In this document: piece after piece, positions 10,182-22,098 of the stretch
Layout: every line of letters begins with the position of its first letter
How positions within the stretch are numbered: the stretch's first letter is position 1
Origin: Pseudomonadota bacterium
GTDB lineage: Bacteria; Pseudomonadota; Alphaproteobacteria; UBA1280; JAAZVW01
Length of the DNA: 64,000 nucleotides
Assembly (NCBI GenBank): GCA_018623135.1
Contig: JAAZVW010000001.1
Coordinates: 23,024-87,023, forward strand
Direction: 5' to 3'
Position numbers and translations under genes: made by a program
Notes under the pieces: generated by a model
The model's database searches: none
What the model was told of the DNA's origin: nothing
Seen by the model: only the letters and a program-made list of their open reading frames with translations

Positions 10182-10487
10182 TTTAAGAAAAACTCTGGAA
10201 ATATAATCTGTTTTAAAGAGGTTATATATAAAGAGGTGGCGGTGCTAAGTATAGATATTACTGTTTTCTTATAAGCTTAGCCATGTTAAACAAATAGCTA
10301 AGCATAAATAAAGATCAAATATAAAAAACTGGTGAATAGGTTACTATTACTTTTGACCTAATAAGTTGGTGCTATAATAGTGAATATGTTAATCTTTATA
10401 TTGTTAACTAACTAGAATAATAGTCAGCACTAGTAAGATATGTGCTAAACAATAATAATAAGTGAAAATAATGTAAGGGAAAAAATA

Positions 10488-11021
10488 ATGAAGAAAACCC
10501 TTTTATCTCTTTCTGCACTTGCTCTTTGCGCTATGTCATTGGATGCCAATGCGGCGACAGAAGCTAAAGAAATGCAGGTTGTTGGGAAAGTTGCAGGTTT
10601 TGCAAATTCTATTGATAAATCTAAACCCGTTCAATTAGGTGTTGTTTTTGATGGCGCGAATGCTACGTCTCAGGCTGATTTTGATGCTGTGAAAGGCATT
10701 ATTGGTGCTGGGCTAAAAACGGGTAAGGTCACAATTAATTTTGTACCAGTAGCTATTTCTGAGCTTGGCTCTAAAGTGACTTCTGTTGATATGCTTTTTG
10801 TAACAGAAGGTCTTTCTGGTAAAATGGCAGAAATTAATTCTGTCGCTAAAAATAATAAGAAATTAACAGTTTCTACAGATATGTCTTGTGTTGAAACTGG
10901 TAACTGCCTTGTAGGTGTAGATGTAAGTTCTGGTGTTAAAGTATTTTTAAACCGTGCTTCAGTTGACGCAATAGGTATTGAATTTGATGCCGCATTTAAA
11001 TTCATGGTTAAAGAAATCTAG
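10488..11021 (+). CDS. YfiR/DUF4154-like periplasmic protein
   Basis: Signal peptide; C-terminal KVFLNRASVDAIGIEFDAAFKFMV matches the YfiR-family pattern; CxxxxxC. Confidence 0.65.
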   Translation: MKKTLLSLSALALCAMSLDANAATEAKEMQVVGKVAGFANSIDKSKPVQLGVVFDGANATSQADFDAVKGIIGAGLKTGKVTINFVPVAISELGSKVTSVDMLFVTEGLSGKMAEINSVAKNNKKLTVSTDMSCVETGNCLVGVDVSSGVKVFLNRASVDAIGIEFDAAFKFMVKEI

Positions 11022-11041
11022 ATTTTAGGAGATACATTAAA

Positions 11042-13102
11042 ATGGATATGAAAAAGTTATTTGCAGGTTCAATGCTTGTGGCAGCTTCTACAGCGCAGGC
11101 CTCAGTTGTTGATTACTCTTCTTTGCAAGACTTATTTGGTGAGCCAGTAACGCTTTCTGCAACTGGTAAGCCGCAACGTGCATCTGATGCTCCAGCTTCT
11201 ATGGAAATTATTGATGCTGAAACAATTCGTCGTTCTGGCGCTCAGAATATTACAGACGTACTTCGTCGTGCGACTTCTGTATCTGTTCGCTCTGGTTTTA
11301 AAGGTAATGCGGATGTTTCTATTCGTGGTATGAACCAAGCTTACTCAAACCGCCTTCTTGTATTGATTAATGGTCGTCAAATGTACCAAGATCATTACGG
11401 TGTGACATTCTGGGATATGCTACCTGTTCAGCTATCTGAAATTCAGCAAATTGAAATCGTGCGTGGCCCGAATACAGCGCTATTTGGTTTTAATGCTGCT
11501 TCTGGTGTAATTAACATTGTGACATACTCACCGCTTCTTAAAGATGTGGATGAGGTAACAGCACGTATTGGTACGCAAAATTATACAGAAACAAATGCTG
11601 TTTTAACGCATAAGATTTCTGATAATTCTGCTGTGCGTATTTCTGCAGGTATGAAAGATGGTGATGATTACAGCCGTGATACAATGCAGACACCAATTAG
11701 CGAAACAAATGCAATTAGTGGCCAAGTTGTGAATGTTGATTTTCAATCTACGCTGAAAAATGGTGGTGTTGTAAGTACAGAATTGAACCATGGTTACTCT
11801 CGTGGTGATCTTTATGCTCCTCCTGGTGCGGGTCGTTCTGCGCGTCATACTACATCTATTAAGGGTGAATATTCTAAAGATACAGACTTTGGTTTGGTGT
11901 CTCTTTCAGCTTACTACAACTCATTTAATGAAGATTTAGATTTAGGTAGTTTAGGTTCACCACTAGGTGTTTTTGAAATCGATAATGACCTTTATGTTGT
12001 AAAAGGTGAGTTGCTTAAAAAATTAAATGCAGACCATACACTTCGTGTAGCTGCTGAATACCGTCGTAATAATATTAACTCTAACTTAACAGATGAAGAT
12101 GAGTTAGATAACCTTTACTATGATGTGTACTCTGTTTCTACAATGTGGGACTGGCAAGTTAACTCGAAGCTTTCTTGGACAAACTCATTGCGTTTTGATC
12201 ATCTAAAACTAGGTCGTGATGATGAGATTGACCCGAATATTACAGCTTCACCTATTGGTGGCCTTGTAGGTCTTTCTAGTAAAGAATCTTACAGCCGTCG
12301 TATTGATGAAGTAAGCTTTAACACAGGTCTTCTTTATAAACACACAGATAAAGATACATTCCGTGCCTCTATCGCACGTGGTTTGCGTGTGCCTGCATTG
12401 CTTCAGTTAGGTAATACGTCGTTACGTCCTGATAATATTGCATTGTTAACAAGCCCACAAACAGAGCTTGAAGTGAATATGACTTATGAAGTTGGTTATA
12501 CACGTAAGTTGCCTGAACTGAATGGTGAAATTGGTGCTAATATTTTCCACCAACGTATTTCTGATGTGATTGGTATAGGTGTAATTCCTGCAAGCCCAAC
12601 AACAGATATTGGTGGTACGCAGTACACAGTTATTTCTGAGTTTAACTTAGGTGATACTGAGAGTGTTGGTGTTGAATTATTTATGAATGCTAATCCGACT
12701 GAAAACCTAGAATATGGCTTCAACTATACTTATAATATATTTGAAGATGAAAGTGATTCAAGAACAGCTGCAATTCAGCCATTGACGACATCAACAAGCC
12801 AGAATAAACATCAGGCTACTGTTTGGAGCCGTTACACAATGGGTAAATGGGAGCTAGATGGTGCGCTTCATTACGTATCTAAAGCTTTATACCCTGGTAG
12901 CGTTCTACCAGATGAGCAAGTTGATGATTACTTTGTACTTAACACTCGTGTAGGTTATAACCTAACAGATGCAACATCTATCGCATTAGATGGTGTAAAC
13001 TTGTTAGAAGAGCATAACGAGTGGGGTCAATCAGCGTTACTTGGTAATGGTGCCAACGAGCTGGGTCGATCTGTATTCTTAACTATTAACCATAAGTTTT
13101 AA
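11042..13102 (+). CDS. TonB-dependent outer-membrane receptor
   Basis: Plug motifs (IRRSGA.NI.DVLR, LLVLINGR, IEIVRGP..ALFG.NA..GVINI); C-terminal Phe beta-strand. Confidence 0.95.
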   Translation: MDMKKLFAGSMLVAASTAQASVVDYSSLQDLFGEPVTLSATGKPQRASDAPASMEIIDAETIRRSGAQNITDVLRRATSVSVRSGFKGNADVSIRGMNQAYSNRLLVLINGRQMYQDHYGVTFWDMLPVQLSEIQQIEIVRGPNTALFGFNAASGVINIVTYSPLLKDVDEVTARIGTQNYTETNAVLTHKISDNSAVRISAGMKDGDDYSRDTMQTPISETNAISGQVVNVDFQSTLKNGGVVSTELNHGYSRGDLYAPPGAGRSARHTTSIKGEYSKDTDFGLVSLSAYYNSFNEDLDLGSLGSPLGVFEIDNDLYVVKGELLKKLNADHTLRVAAEYRRNNINSNLTDEDELDNLYYDVYSVSTMWDWQVNSKLSWTNSLRFDHLKLGRDDEIDPNITASPIGGLVGLSSKESYSRRIDEVSFNTGLLYKHTDKDTFRASIARGLRVPALLQLGNTSLRPDNIALLTSPQTELEVNMTYEVGYTRKLPELNGEIGANIFHQRISDVIGIGVIPASPTTDIGGTQYTVISEFNLGDTESVGVELFMNANPTENLEYGFNYTYNIFEDESDSRTAAIQPLTTSTSQNKHQATVWSRYTMGKWELDGALHYVSKALYPGSVLPDEQVDDYFVLNTRVGYNLTDATSIALDGVNLLEEHNEWGQSALLGNGANELGRSVFLTINHKF

Positions 13103-13137
13103 TAGTTAAATAATAAGACTAATAAAGGAGATTATAG

Positions 13138-15012
13138 ATGGGCGCACGTGGTATTCTTATTGCCTTAGTTGTTTTCATGACTACGCTAGTTTTTGTATTC
13201 GCTACGCAAGTAATTAACAATATTACACTTGAGCGTAGCTATGCAGAAGCATTTACAGAATCTAACAAATATGTGGATGAGCTAGCGTTAGATAGCTTTG
13301 GTTTTACAGTAGAACGTACATTAGGTGTTACGCTTATTGCATCTAGTGATAAACCAGAGGCTCTTGTAAAACGATTTAAGGCTAAATCGCAAGAAAATGA
13401 TACTCGTCTAGTTAAGCGCCTATCTGATCTTCGTTCTTTTGGTGAAGCAAACGATAGCTTGTCTTATTCTGAAAACTTAAAAGATCTTGAAAAATCTATT
13501 ATGGCTCTTCAGGAACTTCGTAAAGGGGTTCTTGAAGGTTCATTAAGTTCTCAAAAATGGATGGAAGGCATTAATGCTGTTATTACATCTATTGGTCTTA
13601 TGACTCAGAGTGTTTTTGTGCCGCAAAATGGTGTGCAAGATGCGATGTTCCAAAACTTGGTACTTAAGAATTTTGCAAACAAAACTGTTGAGTATATGAC
13701 ACTTGAACAAGCTTATCTTGGTGAAATTATTGCTGAGAATAAAGAAGAAATGACAGATGATGAGAAAAACAAACTTGTTGTTGTGCGCGGTTTAGCTGAT
13801 AACGCACTACAAAATGTTAAGTTTTTTGCTCGTCAATATTCGAAAGATGATGAGATTAAAAAGGCGTTATCTTCTTTAAATGAGCAGTTAGGTACTTTAG
13901 AAGAGTTGCGTCGTAGTATTTATGCGGCTGCGAGCTTTGGTCTAGGGTTTCCTATGTCTGCGACAGAATGGTTGGAAAAATCTGATCCTATTATGATGTC
14001 TCTTGTTGAATTGGAGCACAAATTAAGTGCACCAACAAAAAACAAACTTAATGATTTAAATGCTGAACTTGGTGCACGCTATACAACAATATTAGTTGGT
14101 GGCGGTGTGCTAGTGCTATTACTTGCAGGTGTTTGGGTTGTACTTAATGTGAAGATTTTACGCCCATTAAGTAAACAAAAAGAAGTAACAACAACATTTG
14201 AACGTGATATTAGTGAGCGTGTGACAATGTTGCGTAACTTTGCTGACCAAATGACAAATGCGGCCAATTCTGTATCACATTCTAATTCAGATGTAACAGG
14301 TCGTGCATCTGATATGCAGGGCGCTGTAGCAGGTTCGGAAGAAAACGTACAAGCTGTGGTAACTGCGATTGAGGAAATGCTTTCTTCAATTCAGGAAATT
14401 ACCTCTCGTTTAGCTGAAGTGGCTGATATGACATCTAACGCTGCGCGAGAAACACAGCAAACAACTGTTATTATGAATGAACTTGGTGATGCATCTAACC
14501 GTATTGGTGAAGTAACTAAGATTATTAATGATATTGCAGACCAAACAAACTTGCTTGCACTTAACGCATCTATTGAGGCGGCGCGTGCTGGTGATGCTGG
14601 TCGTGGTTTTGCCGTGGTTGCCGAAGAAGTGCGTAAGCTTGCAGAAGCGACAGCACAGGCAACAACTGAAATCCGTACAACAGTTGATAATATTCAGACG
14701 GGTTCATCGGGTGCGATTCATGCGATTCATAGTATTTCTGATACGATTGTTAAAATTAATGACATTGCGCAAGCGGTGGAAACTTCTATGCAACAACAAA
14801 ATATTGCAACGGAAGAAATTTCTGCCAACGCTGCTGGTGCTGGTGAAAGTACCAATGTTGTTGGTAATAACATTGCATCGGTTATGGAAGCGCTTACAAA
14901 TTCGAGTGAATCTATTAACATGATGAACACAGCAGTTGATGAAGTGAAAGAACAAGTTGATAGCCTAGATAAAACGGCACAAAATGTTTTGACACAAATG
15001 AAGAAACTGTAG
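13138..15012 (+). CDS. Methyl-accepting chemotaxis protein (helical periplasmic domain, possibly NIT-like)
   Basis: Two TM segments; [37 protein letters not shown]. Confidence 0.95.
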   Translation: MGARGILIALVVFMTTLVFVFATQVINNITLERSYAEAFTESNKYVDELALDSFGFTVERTLGVTLIASSDKPEALVKRFKAKSQENDTRLVKRLSDLRSFGEANDSLSYSENLKDLEKSIMALQELRKGVLEGSLSSQKWMEGINAVITSIGLMTQSVFVPQNGVQDAMFQNLVLKNFANKTVEYMTLEQAYLGEIIAENKEEMTDDEKNKLVVVRGLADNALQNVKFFARQYSKDDEIKKALSSLNEQLGTLEELRRSIYAAASFGLGFPMSATEWLEKSDPIMMSLVELEHKLSAPTKNKLNDLNAELGARYTTILVGGGVLVLLLAGVWVVLNVKILRPLSKQKEVTTTFERDISERVTMLRNFADQMTNAANSVSHSNSDVTGRASDMQGAVAGSEENVQAVVTAIEEMLSSIQEITSRLAEVADMTSNAARETQQTTVIMNELGDASNRIGEVTKIINDIADQTNLLALNASIEAARAGDAGRGFAVVAEEVRKLAEATAQATTEIRTTVDNIQTGSSGAIHAIHSISDTIVKINDIAQAVETSMQQQNIATEEISANAAGAGESTNVVGNNIASVMEALTNSSESINMMNTAVDEVKEQVDSLDKTAQNVLTQMKKL

Positions 15013-15026
15013 TTTTTATTCGTCAT

Positions 15027-15055
15027 AAAATAGGGGTGCTTGCGCCCCTATTTTT
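15027..15055 (+). terminator. Intrinsic terminator after the MCP
   Basis: AAAATAGGGGTG / CGCCCCTATTTTT hairpin with T-run. Confidence 0.8.
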
Positions 15056-15079
15056 GTGGCATAACCTAGGAGTAAAACA

Positions 15080-15604
15080 ATGTTTGGAAAATTATTAAGC
15101 TACAAAGGCATAATACCAACAATAGAAAAGGATGTTTTTATTGCTGAAGGTGCTGTTGTGATAGGAGATACGCACATAGGTGAAAAAACGAGTATTTGGT
15201 TTAATGTAACGGTGCGCGGTGATGTTAATAAAATTCGTATTGGTAAAGAGACGAATATTCAGGACAATGCCATGTGCCATGTAACCCGTAAAACAGGGCC
15301 TTTAACTATTGGTGATAGGGTAACGATTGGTCATAGTGCTGTTTTACATGCTTGTACTGTTGAAGATGAATGTTTAATTGGTATGGGTGCTGTGCTTTTA
15401 GATAAAGTTGTTGTTGAAAAAGGTTCTATGGTGGCAGCAGGTTCGGTGGTGCCGCCTGGCAAGGTTGTGAAGTCGGGTACATTATGGGTAGGCAACCCAG
15501 CTAAATACGCACGGGAGCTCACGGAGGATGAAAAAGCATTTTTAGCGGTATCGGCACAAAATTATGTGGAGCTTTCTAAGGACTATATGGAGTATACTAA
15601 GTGA
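15080..15604 (+). CDS. Gamma carbonic anhydrase family (YrdA-like)
   Basis: Hexapeptide repeats; RGDVN.IRIG..TNIQD, HV, GH...LHAC. Confidence 0.93.
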   Translation: MFGKLLSYKGIIPTIEKDVFIAEGAVVIGDTHIGEKTSIWFNVTVRGDVNKIRIGKETNIQDNAMCHVTRKTGPLTIGDRVTIGHSAVLHACTVEDECLIGMGAVLLDKVVVEKGSMVAAGSVVPPGKVVKSGTLWVGNPAKYARELTEDEKAFLAVSAQNYVELSKDYMEYTK

Positions 15605-15668
15605 TTGAATTTTTCTTTTTGTATGCTAAAACTTTATTTAATCAAATAAATACCCTATTGGGGGATAT

Positions 15669-16037
15669 ATGACTTTTACACTTAAAGACCATGAGCGTTT
15701 TATTGAAAGAGAGGGGTTTGGCCCCTGTGTTAAACAAACAGTAACAGCAAGAATTGTTGCTACTACAGGTGAAGAGTTTGTTTCTACAAATTATTGTAAA
15801 AAACCTCAAACCCTGTGTCCTCGCCAAGATATGCCAACAGGACAGGGGTATGAAAAATGCAAAAATATATGTCATCAGGATGGGCATGCAGAAGAAAATG
15901 CTGTTGCCTTAGCAGGCGATAAAGCAAGGGGTTCTGTGTTGTATTTGACAGGTCACTATTATGCATGTGATAATTGCCAAAAAATTTGCAAAGGTGCTGG
16001 TGTTAAGGAAATTATTTTGTTAACACCAGAGGAATAA
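15669..16037 (+). CDS. Zn-dependent cytidine/dCMP deaminase-fold protein
   Basis: HAE plus CxxC (GHAEENA...YACDNC), with extra Cys residues. Confidence 0.8.
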   Translation: MTFTLKDHERFIEREGFGPCVKQTVTARIVATTGEEFVSTNYCKKPQTLCPRQDMPTGQGYEKCKNICHQDGHAEENAVALAGDKARGSVLYLTGHYYACDNCQKICKGAGVKEIILLTPEE

Positions 16038-16052
16038 CGAAATTATTTACTC

Positions 16053-16082
16053 AAAAAGGGCTCCATATGGAGCCCTTATTTT
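16053..16082. terminator. Bidirectional terminator between convergent genes
   Basis: AAGGGCTCCA-TA-TGGAGCCCTT palindrome with A/T flanks. Confidence 0.75.
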
Positions 16083-16102
16083 ATGTAGATGGCATATGAA
16101 TA

Positions 16103-17104
16103 TTATTTAATTTTATCGGCCATGCCACAAGCACCGAAAGCTTCGTAACGGGCAATACATTCTTTTTCCATAGCTTCGATAGCTGGTTTTAAATAGTGAC
16201 GTGGGTCAAAAGCGCCGGGTTGTTCTTGTAATGCTTTGCGTATGGCGCCTGTCATCGCCATGCGATTGTCGGTATCAATATTTACTTTGCGTACGCCAAG
16301 TTTAATACCTTTAACAATTTCTTCTAAAGGTACGCCAAATGTTTGTGGCATATTACCGCCATATTGGTTAATGATGTCCTGTAGTTCTTGCGGTACAGAT
16401 GAACTACCGTGCATAACTAAATGTGTGTTTGGAATAGCGGCGTGGATTTTGGCGAGTTGATCCATCGCTAGCACTTCGCCATCGGGCTTGCGTGTAAATT
16501 TATAAGCGCCGTGGCTGGTGCCGATAGCAACAGCAAGAGCATCTACGCCTGTGCGCAAAACAAAGTCTTTTGCTTGCTCAGGGTCTGTTAAAAGCATGTC
16601 TTTATCCAGTTTTCCTTCAAAGCCATGGCCATCTTCTTTATCACCTTCACCTGTTTCTAGGGAGCCTAGGCAACCTAGTTCACCTTCTACCGATACGCCT
16701 TTAGGATGTGCAAGATCTACAACTTTTTTAGTGATTTCAACGTTGTATTCGTAAGATGCTGGGGTTTTACCATCTTCTTCTAATGAACCATCCATCATGA
16801 CAGATGTAAAGTTGTTGGCAATGGCAGAGGCACAGGTTTCTAGTGAGTTACCATGGTCTTGATGCATAACAATAGGAATATGAGGGTAAGATTCTACCGC
16901 TGCTTGGATCATATGTTTTAAGAAAATATCACCAGCATAAGAGCGGGCACCACGGCTTGCTTGTAAAATAACAGGTGCGTTGCATTTTTCTGCCGCTTGC
17001 ATAATAGCACGTACTTGTTCTAGGTTATTTACGTTAAAAGCGGGTAGGCCGTAGCTGTGTTCTGCGGCATGATCTAAAAGTTTTCGTAATGAAATAAGAG
17101 CCAT
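16103..17104 (-). CDS. fba: Fructose-bisphosphate aldolase class II
   Basis: [42 protein letters not shown]. Confidence 0.97.
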   Translation of the reverse strand: MALISLRKLLDHAAEHSYGLPAFNVNNLEQVRAIMQAAEKCNAPVILQASRGARSYAGDIFLKHMIQAAVESYPHIPIVMHQDHGNSLETCASAIANNFTSVMMDGSLEEDGKTPASYEYNVEITKKVVDLAHPKGVSVEGELGCLGSLETGEGDKEDGHGFEGKLDKDMLLTDPEQAKDFVLRTGVDALAVAIGTSHGAYKFTRKPDGEVLAMDQLAKIHAAIPNTHLVMHGSSSVPQELQDIINQYGGNMPQTFGVPLEEIVKGIKLGVRKVNIDTDNRMAMTGAIRKALQEQPGAFDPRHYLKPAIEAMEKECIARYEAFGACGMADKIK

Positions 17105-17134
17105 GGTGTTACCTTTTATATTTTAAAAATTTAC

Positions 17135-18316
17135 TTATTGTTTAAGGGCTTCGACAGCAGCTAAAGGCGTGCCTTCTAGAAGTTTAAGCATAGCGCCACC
17201 ACCTGTTGAAACAAAATCTATACCTTTGGTAATGTGCGCGGCTTTTAGGGCTGCAAGAGTATCGCCACCGCCGACTGTTGAGTAGGCATTTACGCCTGCA
17301 ATAGCACGGGCAACAGCTTCTGTACCTTTACAGAAAATAGGTGTTGCTCCGACAGGGCCATTCCATAATATACCGCCAGATTCTTTACAGTGAGCAAGCC
17401 ATGCTGCTTGTGTCTTAGTCCCGATATCAACAGCCACCATAACAGGTGGGATGTCTGTTTTTGTAGAGACGTCTCTGGTTGCTACACCTGGTTTAATTTC
17501 GATTGCGACGCTTAAATCGTCCGGAAGTACAAGCTTTGTTTTTTTCTCGTAAGCGAGGTCTATAAGTTCTTGAGCAAGTGGTACTTCGCTTGGCTCGTAC
17601 ATGGATTTACCTACTTTAGTACCCTGTGCAACAAAAAATGTATTGGCCATAGCGCCACCAATAAGCACACGGTCTACCATTGGAATAAGGCGGGCAAGTA
17701 GTTTTGCTTTTGTTGCCACTTTTGCACCGCCAATGATAAGGGTAATTGGCTTTTTAGCTTTTTTTAAGAAACCCATAAGGTTTGTGAGCTCTTTTTCCAT
17801 AAGTAAGCCAACAGCGGCGTTAGTGTTCATAAATTTGACAATGCCTTCTGTTGAGGCGTGAGCACGGTGCGCTGTTGCAAAGGCATCGTTAATAAAAATA
17901 TCGATACCGAAGGCAAGTTTTTCTGCAAATGTGGCGTCATTCTTTTCTTCTTCGGGGTGAAAACGTGTGTTTTCGAGCAGAAGAATTTGCCCTGCAGTGA
18001 GCTCTGCGATAGCGTGGGTGCGTTCCTCGCCAATGCAATCTTTCGCAAAGGCGACTTTTTGATGTAGTAAAGCTGCAAAATGATGTGCCACAACTTCTAG
18101 GCTTAAGTCTTTCACATATTCGCCATTAGGGCTTCCAAGGTGAGACATAAGCACAATTTTTGCGCCTTTGGCTGATAAGAAGCGAATGGTATCTATATGG
18201 CAACGAAGTCTTGTATCATCGGCGACTTTACCATCTTTAAGTGGGACGTTAAAATCGACACGAACGAGAACGACTTTATCTTTATAATCATCAAATGAAC
18301 GTAGTGTTTTGATCAT
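17135..18316 (-). CDS. pgk: Phosphoglycerate kinase
   Basis: RVDFNVP, LLENTRF, NDAFATAHRAHAS, GGAKV, GGGDT, STGGGA. Confidence 0.96.
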   Translation of the reverse strand: MIKTLRSFDDYKDKVVLVRVDFNVPLKDGKVADDTRLRCHIDTIRFLSAKGAKIVLMSHLGSPNGEYVKDLSLEVVAHHFAALLHQKVAFAKDCIGEERTHAIAELTAGQILLLENTRFHPEEEKNDATFAEKLAFGIDIFINDAFATAHRAHASTEGIVKFMNTNAAVGLLMEKELTNLMGFLKKAKKPITLIIGGAKVATKAKLLARLIPMVDRVLIGGAMANTFFVAQGTKVGKSMYEPSEVPLAQELIDLAYEKKTKLVLPDDLSVAIEIKPGVATRDVSTKTDIPPVMVAVDIGTKTQAAWLAHCKESGGILWNGPVGATPIFCKGTEAVARAIAGVNAYSTVGGGDTLAALKAAHITKGIDFVSTGGGAMLKLLEGTPLAAVEALKQ

Positions 18317-18355
18317 TTATTTTAGCCTTAGTTAAGTTATATCTGTTGTTGTGGT

Positions 18356-19366
18356 TTAAAGTTTTGCCAAATAGGCGGCTGTATCGAGCATGCGGTTAGA
18401 AAAACCCCATTCGTTATCGTACCAAGATAGAATTTTAACCAGCTTACCATCTGTTGAAACACGTGTTTGTGTGACATCAAATACAGAAGATGCAGGGTTA
18501 TGGTTAAAGTCGCAAGAAACAAGGGGGCGTTCGTTAATATCGAGTACGCCTTTAAAGGCATCTGTATCTGCGGCTTTACGGATAAGTTCATTTACTTGCT
18601 CTACCGTTGTAACCGTTTGAGAAACAAAGCTTAAATCTACCACAGAAACATTAATAGTTGGCACGCGCATAGAAAAACCATCTAGCTTGCCATTGAGTTC
18701 TGGTAGCACAAGACCAACGGCTTTTGCTGCGCCTGTTGTTGATGGAATCATTGACTGGGCTGCGGCACGGGCACGTCGTACATCTTTGTGCGCGACATCT
18801 AGTAATGATTGGTCGTTTGTGTAAGCGTGAATGGTTGTCATAAGACCTGATTCTATACCTAATGCCTCATGCAGGACTTTAGCAACTGGTGCAAGGCAGT
18901 TTGTTGTACAAGACGCATTAGAAATGATTGTATCTTCTGCGGTTAAATCGGTGTGATTTACGCCGTACACAACGGTATTATCCACATCTTCACCTGGTGC
19001 AGAAATAATAACTTTTTTGGCACCGGCTGTAAGGTGTTTACCTGCTGTTTCTTTGGAACGGAACAGACCTGTGCATTCCATAACAATATCAATACCAAGT
19101 TCTTGCCATGGTAAATCTTCTGGATTACGTTCTGAAAAAACAGAAATTTCGCTGTTGTTGACAATCATTTTATCGTCTTTAAAGCCGATATCTGCATTAA
19201 ATTTGCCATGAGTGGTATCAAATTCTAGTAGGTGTGCATTTGTTTCCATTGGAGCGAGGTCGTTAATGGCTACAATTTCGATATCTGTACGTTTAGATTC
19301 ATGCAATGCGCGTAATACGTTGCGTCCGATACGGCCAAAACCGTTAATAGCTACTTTAATTGTCAT
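18356..19366 (-). CDS. gap: Type I glyceraldehyde-3-phosphate dehydrogenase
   Basis: [26 protein letters not shown]. Confidence 0.96.
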   Translation of the reverse strand: MTIKVAINGFGRIGRNVLRALHESKRTDIEIVAINDLAPMETNAHLLEFDTTHGKFNADIGFKDDKMIVNNSEISVFSERNPEDLPWQELGIDIVMECTGLFRSKETAGKHLTAGAKKVIISAPGEDVDNTVVYGVNHTDLTAEDTIISNASCTTNCLAPVAKVLHEALGIESGLMTTIHAYTNDQSLLDVAHKDVRRARAAAQSMIPSTTGAAKAVGLVLPELNGKLDGFSMRVPTINVSVVDLSFVSQTVTTVEQVNELIRKAADTDAFKGVLDINERPLVSCDFNHNPASSVFDVTQTRVSTDGKLVKILSWYDNEWGFSNRMLDTAAYLAKL

Positions 19367-19383
19367 GGTTTTGTTCCCTTTAT

Positions 19384-21393
19384 TTAGTATTTATGCGTTT
19401 TAATTTTGTTGTTCTCGATGATCTGTTGGGCTGTTTCGCAAATATTTTCAACAGTTAGACCAAAATGTTGGTAGAGGTCTTCTGCTGGAGCGGAGCTACC
19501 AAAAGAATCTATTGCGATAATGGCACCTTTATCGCCCACGTAGCGGTCGAGCCCGAAAGAAGAGGCGGCTTCTACAAAAATGCGATTAGGGTTATCTAGT
19601 GAGAGTATTTGCGCTTGTGTATCATCGTCTTGTTCTTCAAAAAGTTCGACACAAGGCATAGAAACTACTTTGGCTTGAATGCCTGATTGTTTAAGTTTTT
19701 GTTGTGCTTCTAGGCATAGGTGAACTTCTGAGCCTGAGGCGATAAGTACAACATCGGCTTTTGTTTCTGGCTCAGACAAAATGTAGGCGCCAGTACGGCA
19801 GAAGTTTTCTTCTGTATATGTGTTACGCAATGCGGGTAGGTTTTGCCTTGAAAGAATATAGGCAGAAGGTGCAAAAGTATCTTCTAAACCAATTTGCAAG
19901 CATTCGATTGTTTCTGTTAAATCCGCAGGGCGGTAGGTGTATAAATTAGGAATAGCACGTAAAGAGGCTAAATGCTCAATAGGTTGGTGTGTTGGACCGT
20001 CTTCCCCTAAGCCAATAGAATCATGTGTAAAAATATACTGTACGGGAATTTCCATAAGTGCAGAAAGGCGCACAGCTGGTTTCATGTAGTCTAAAAAGCT
20101 TAAGAATGTGCCGCCACAAGGTCTTAACCCGCCGTAAAGTTGCAGACCATTCATAATAGCGGCCATAGCATGTTCACGTATACCGTAATGTACGTATTGA
20201 CCTGAAGCGTCATCTGCTGAAATAACCGCCATCTTTTGTGTTTGCGTGTTATTAGATGGTGTTAAATCTGCTGAGCCAGAGATAAGTTCCGGCATATGAG
20301 GGGCAATAGCTTCTAGGCAAGCACCAATTGCTTTACGTGTTGCCATACTGCTTTGGTTTTGACTGGCTGTTTCTTTTAAATTATCTAGCGCTTCAAAAGC
20401 TTTATCGGGTACCTGATAGCTGATAGCATTTTGGATGCTAAGTTGTTCGGATGCTGGTAGTTTTTGCCATTTTTGCAGCCATTCTATATACATATCACGT
20501 GATTTATCCGATGTATTAAGCCAAGCTGAGTGAATATCTTCTGGGATATCAAAAGGCGCTTCTTGCCAGTTGAAGGCTTTGGCAACTTTCTCACGTTCTT
20601 CTTGCCCTAAAGGAGAACCATGTGCAGATGATTTACCTGCATGTAGCGGGCTACCTAAACCAATTGTTGTTTTAAAACGAATAAGTGTTGGCTTATTTTT
20701 GGAGGCTCTGGCTTTTTTAATTGCGGCGTGGATATCATCTGTATTATGGCCATCGGCTTCAAGTACTTGGAAGCCGTATGCTTTAAAACGAGCGGTAATA
20801 TCTGTTGATTGTGTAAGCTTTGTTGCACCATCGATAGATATGCCATTGTCATCAAATAACACAATGAGTTTATTAAGTTTGTGGTGGCCTGCGAATTCGC
20901 AGGCTTCGTGGCTAATGCCTTCCATAAGACAGCCATCCCCAACTGTTACGTAGGTATAGTTATCAAAAAGTTCTGTGCCATGTTTTGCTGCCATTATTTT
21001 TTGAGCAAAAGCCATGCCGACTGCATTTGCAATACCTTGCCCAAGTGGACCTGTTGTAGTTTCGATACCTGGAAGGGCACCAAATTCGGGGTGGCCTGCT
21101 GTAAGGCTACCGAATTGGCGGAAGTTTTTAAGGTCATCGAGATGAACATCATAGCCTGTTAAATGTAGTAGACTATATAACAAAGCAGACCCATGGCCGT
21201 TTGAAAGCACAAAGCGATCTCGGTTTGGCCATAGAGGATCATCTGGATTAAAATGCATAAAGTCTTTAAATAAAACGGTGACAATATCTGCCATGCCAAG
21301 AGGCATGCCAGGGTGACCTGAATTTGCTTGGTTGACCATATCTATGCTTAAAAAGCGAAGAGCGTTAGAAAGTTGTTTGTAATTTGTGCTCAT
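19384..21393 (-). CDS. tkt: Transketolase
   Basis: [38 protein letters not shown]. Confidence 0.98.
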   Translation of the reverse strand: MSTNYKQLSNALRFLSIDMVNQANSGHPGMPLGMADIVTVLFKDFMHFNPDDPLWPNRDRFVLSNGHGSALLYSLLHLTGYDVHLDDLKNFRQFGSLTAGHPEFGALPGIETTTGPLGQGIANAVGMAFAQKIMAAKHGTELFDNYTYVTVGDGCLMEGISHEACEFAGHHKLNKLIVLFDDNGISIDGATKLTQSTDITARFKAYGFQVLEADGHNTDDIHAAIKKARASKNKPTLIRFKTTIGLGSPLHAGKSSAHGSPLGQEEREKVAKAFNWQEAPFDIPEDIHSAWLNTSDKSRDMYIEWLQKWQKLPASEQLSIQNAISYQVPDKAFEALDNLKETASQNQSSMATRKAIGACLEAIAPHMPELISGSADLTPSNNTQTQKMAVISADDASGQYVHYGIREHAMAAIMNGLQLYGGLRPCGGTFLSFLDYMKPAVRLSALMEIPVQYIFTHDSIGLGEDGPTHQPIEHLASLRAIPNLYTYRPADLTETIECLQIGLEDTFAPSAYILSRQNLPALRNTYTEENFCRTGAYILSEPETKADVVLIASGSEVHLCLEAQQKLKQSGIQAKVVSMPCVELFEEQDDDTQAQILSLDNPNRIFVEAASSFGLDRYVGDKGAIIAIDSFGSSAPAEDLYQHFGLTVENICETAQQIIENNKIKTHKY

Positions 21394-21531
21394 AAAACCA
21401 CCGTTTGATTTTTTATTGTTAAATAGCCTTTATATTGTAAGAGTTCTGGCGAAAAAACTCAATAGAAGGTATATTAGTATTTATCAATGTTTAGATTTTA
21501 TAACTAGAGACGTGTTGAAAGGGATACAGCT

Positions 21532-21798
21532 ATGGATTATACCAGCTCTGAGGCTGTGACGCGTTTGCAAAGAGCGCTATCTGATTTAGAACAAAAGATT
21601 GCTGAAGGTGCTGTTGGAGCATCTGAAGCTACAGAGGTGGCAATTGCTGAAGGTTCAGTTGAAGAAAATACTGTTTCTTACGCGTTAAAAGAAGCCTTTG
21701 AAAAATTACAAAAAGACCATGAAGATTTGCAACAAAAGCAAGCGCAAAGCCGCTTGAAAGTGGAACGTTTGATTCAGAAAGTAGAAGAGGCGCTGTAG
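21532..21798 (+). CDS. Small coiled-coil protein upstream of zapA (DUF4164/ZapB-like)
   Basis: Heptad-rich; conserved position between tkt and zapA. Confidence 0.6.
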   Translation: MDYTSSEAVTRLQRALSDLEQKIAEGAVGASEATEVAIAEGSVEENTVSYALKEAFEKLQKDHEDLQQKQAQSRLKVERLIQKVEEAL

Positions 21799-21801
21799 GT
21801 T

Positions 21802-22098
21802 ATGGATAAGCAAATAGAACTTTATATTGGTGGTCGTACTTATAAAATGACGGTGGAACAGAATCAGGAAGAACGTCTGATGGAGGTTTCTGGTTATTTG
21901 GATAAGCAAATAGATGTAATGCGTAAAGCGACAGGGAATTCTGTTGATCGTGATAATTTGCTGATTTTAACAGCTATGATGATGACGGATGAGCTTTTTA
22001 ATTTAAAAGAAAAAGATGAAAAAGCCCAAAAAATGCTAGATGCTCTGCATAATAATATTGCTGAACGTATTGAAGGTATGGCACGCAAAATATCTTAA
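21802..22098 (+). CDS. zapA: Cell division protein ZapA
   Basis: IGGRTYKM....QEERL...LD, LLILTAMMMTDEL. Confidence 0.9.
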   Translation: MDKQIELYIGGRTYKMTVEQNQEERLMEVSGYLDKQIDVMRKATGNSVDRDNLLILTAMMMTDELFNLKEKDEKAQKMLDALHNNIAERIEGMARKIS

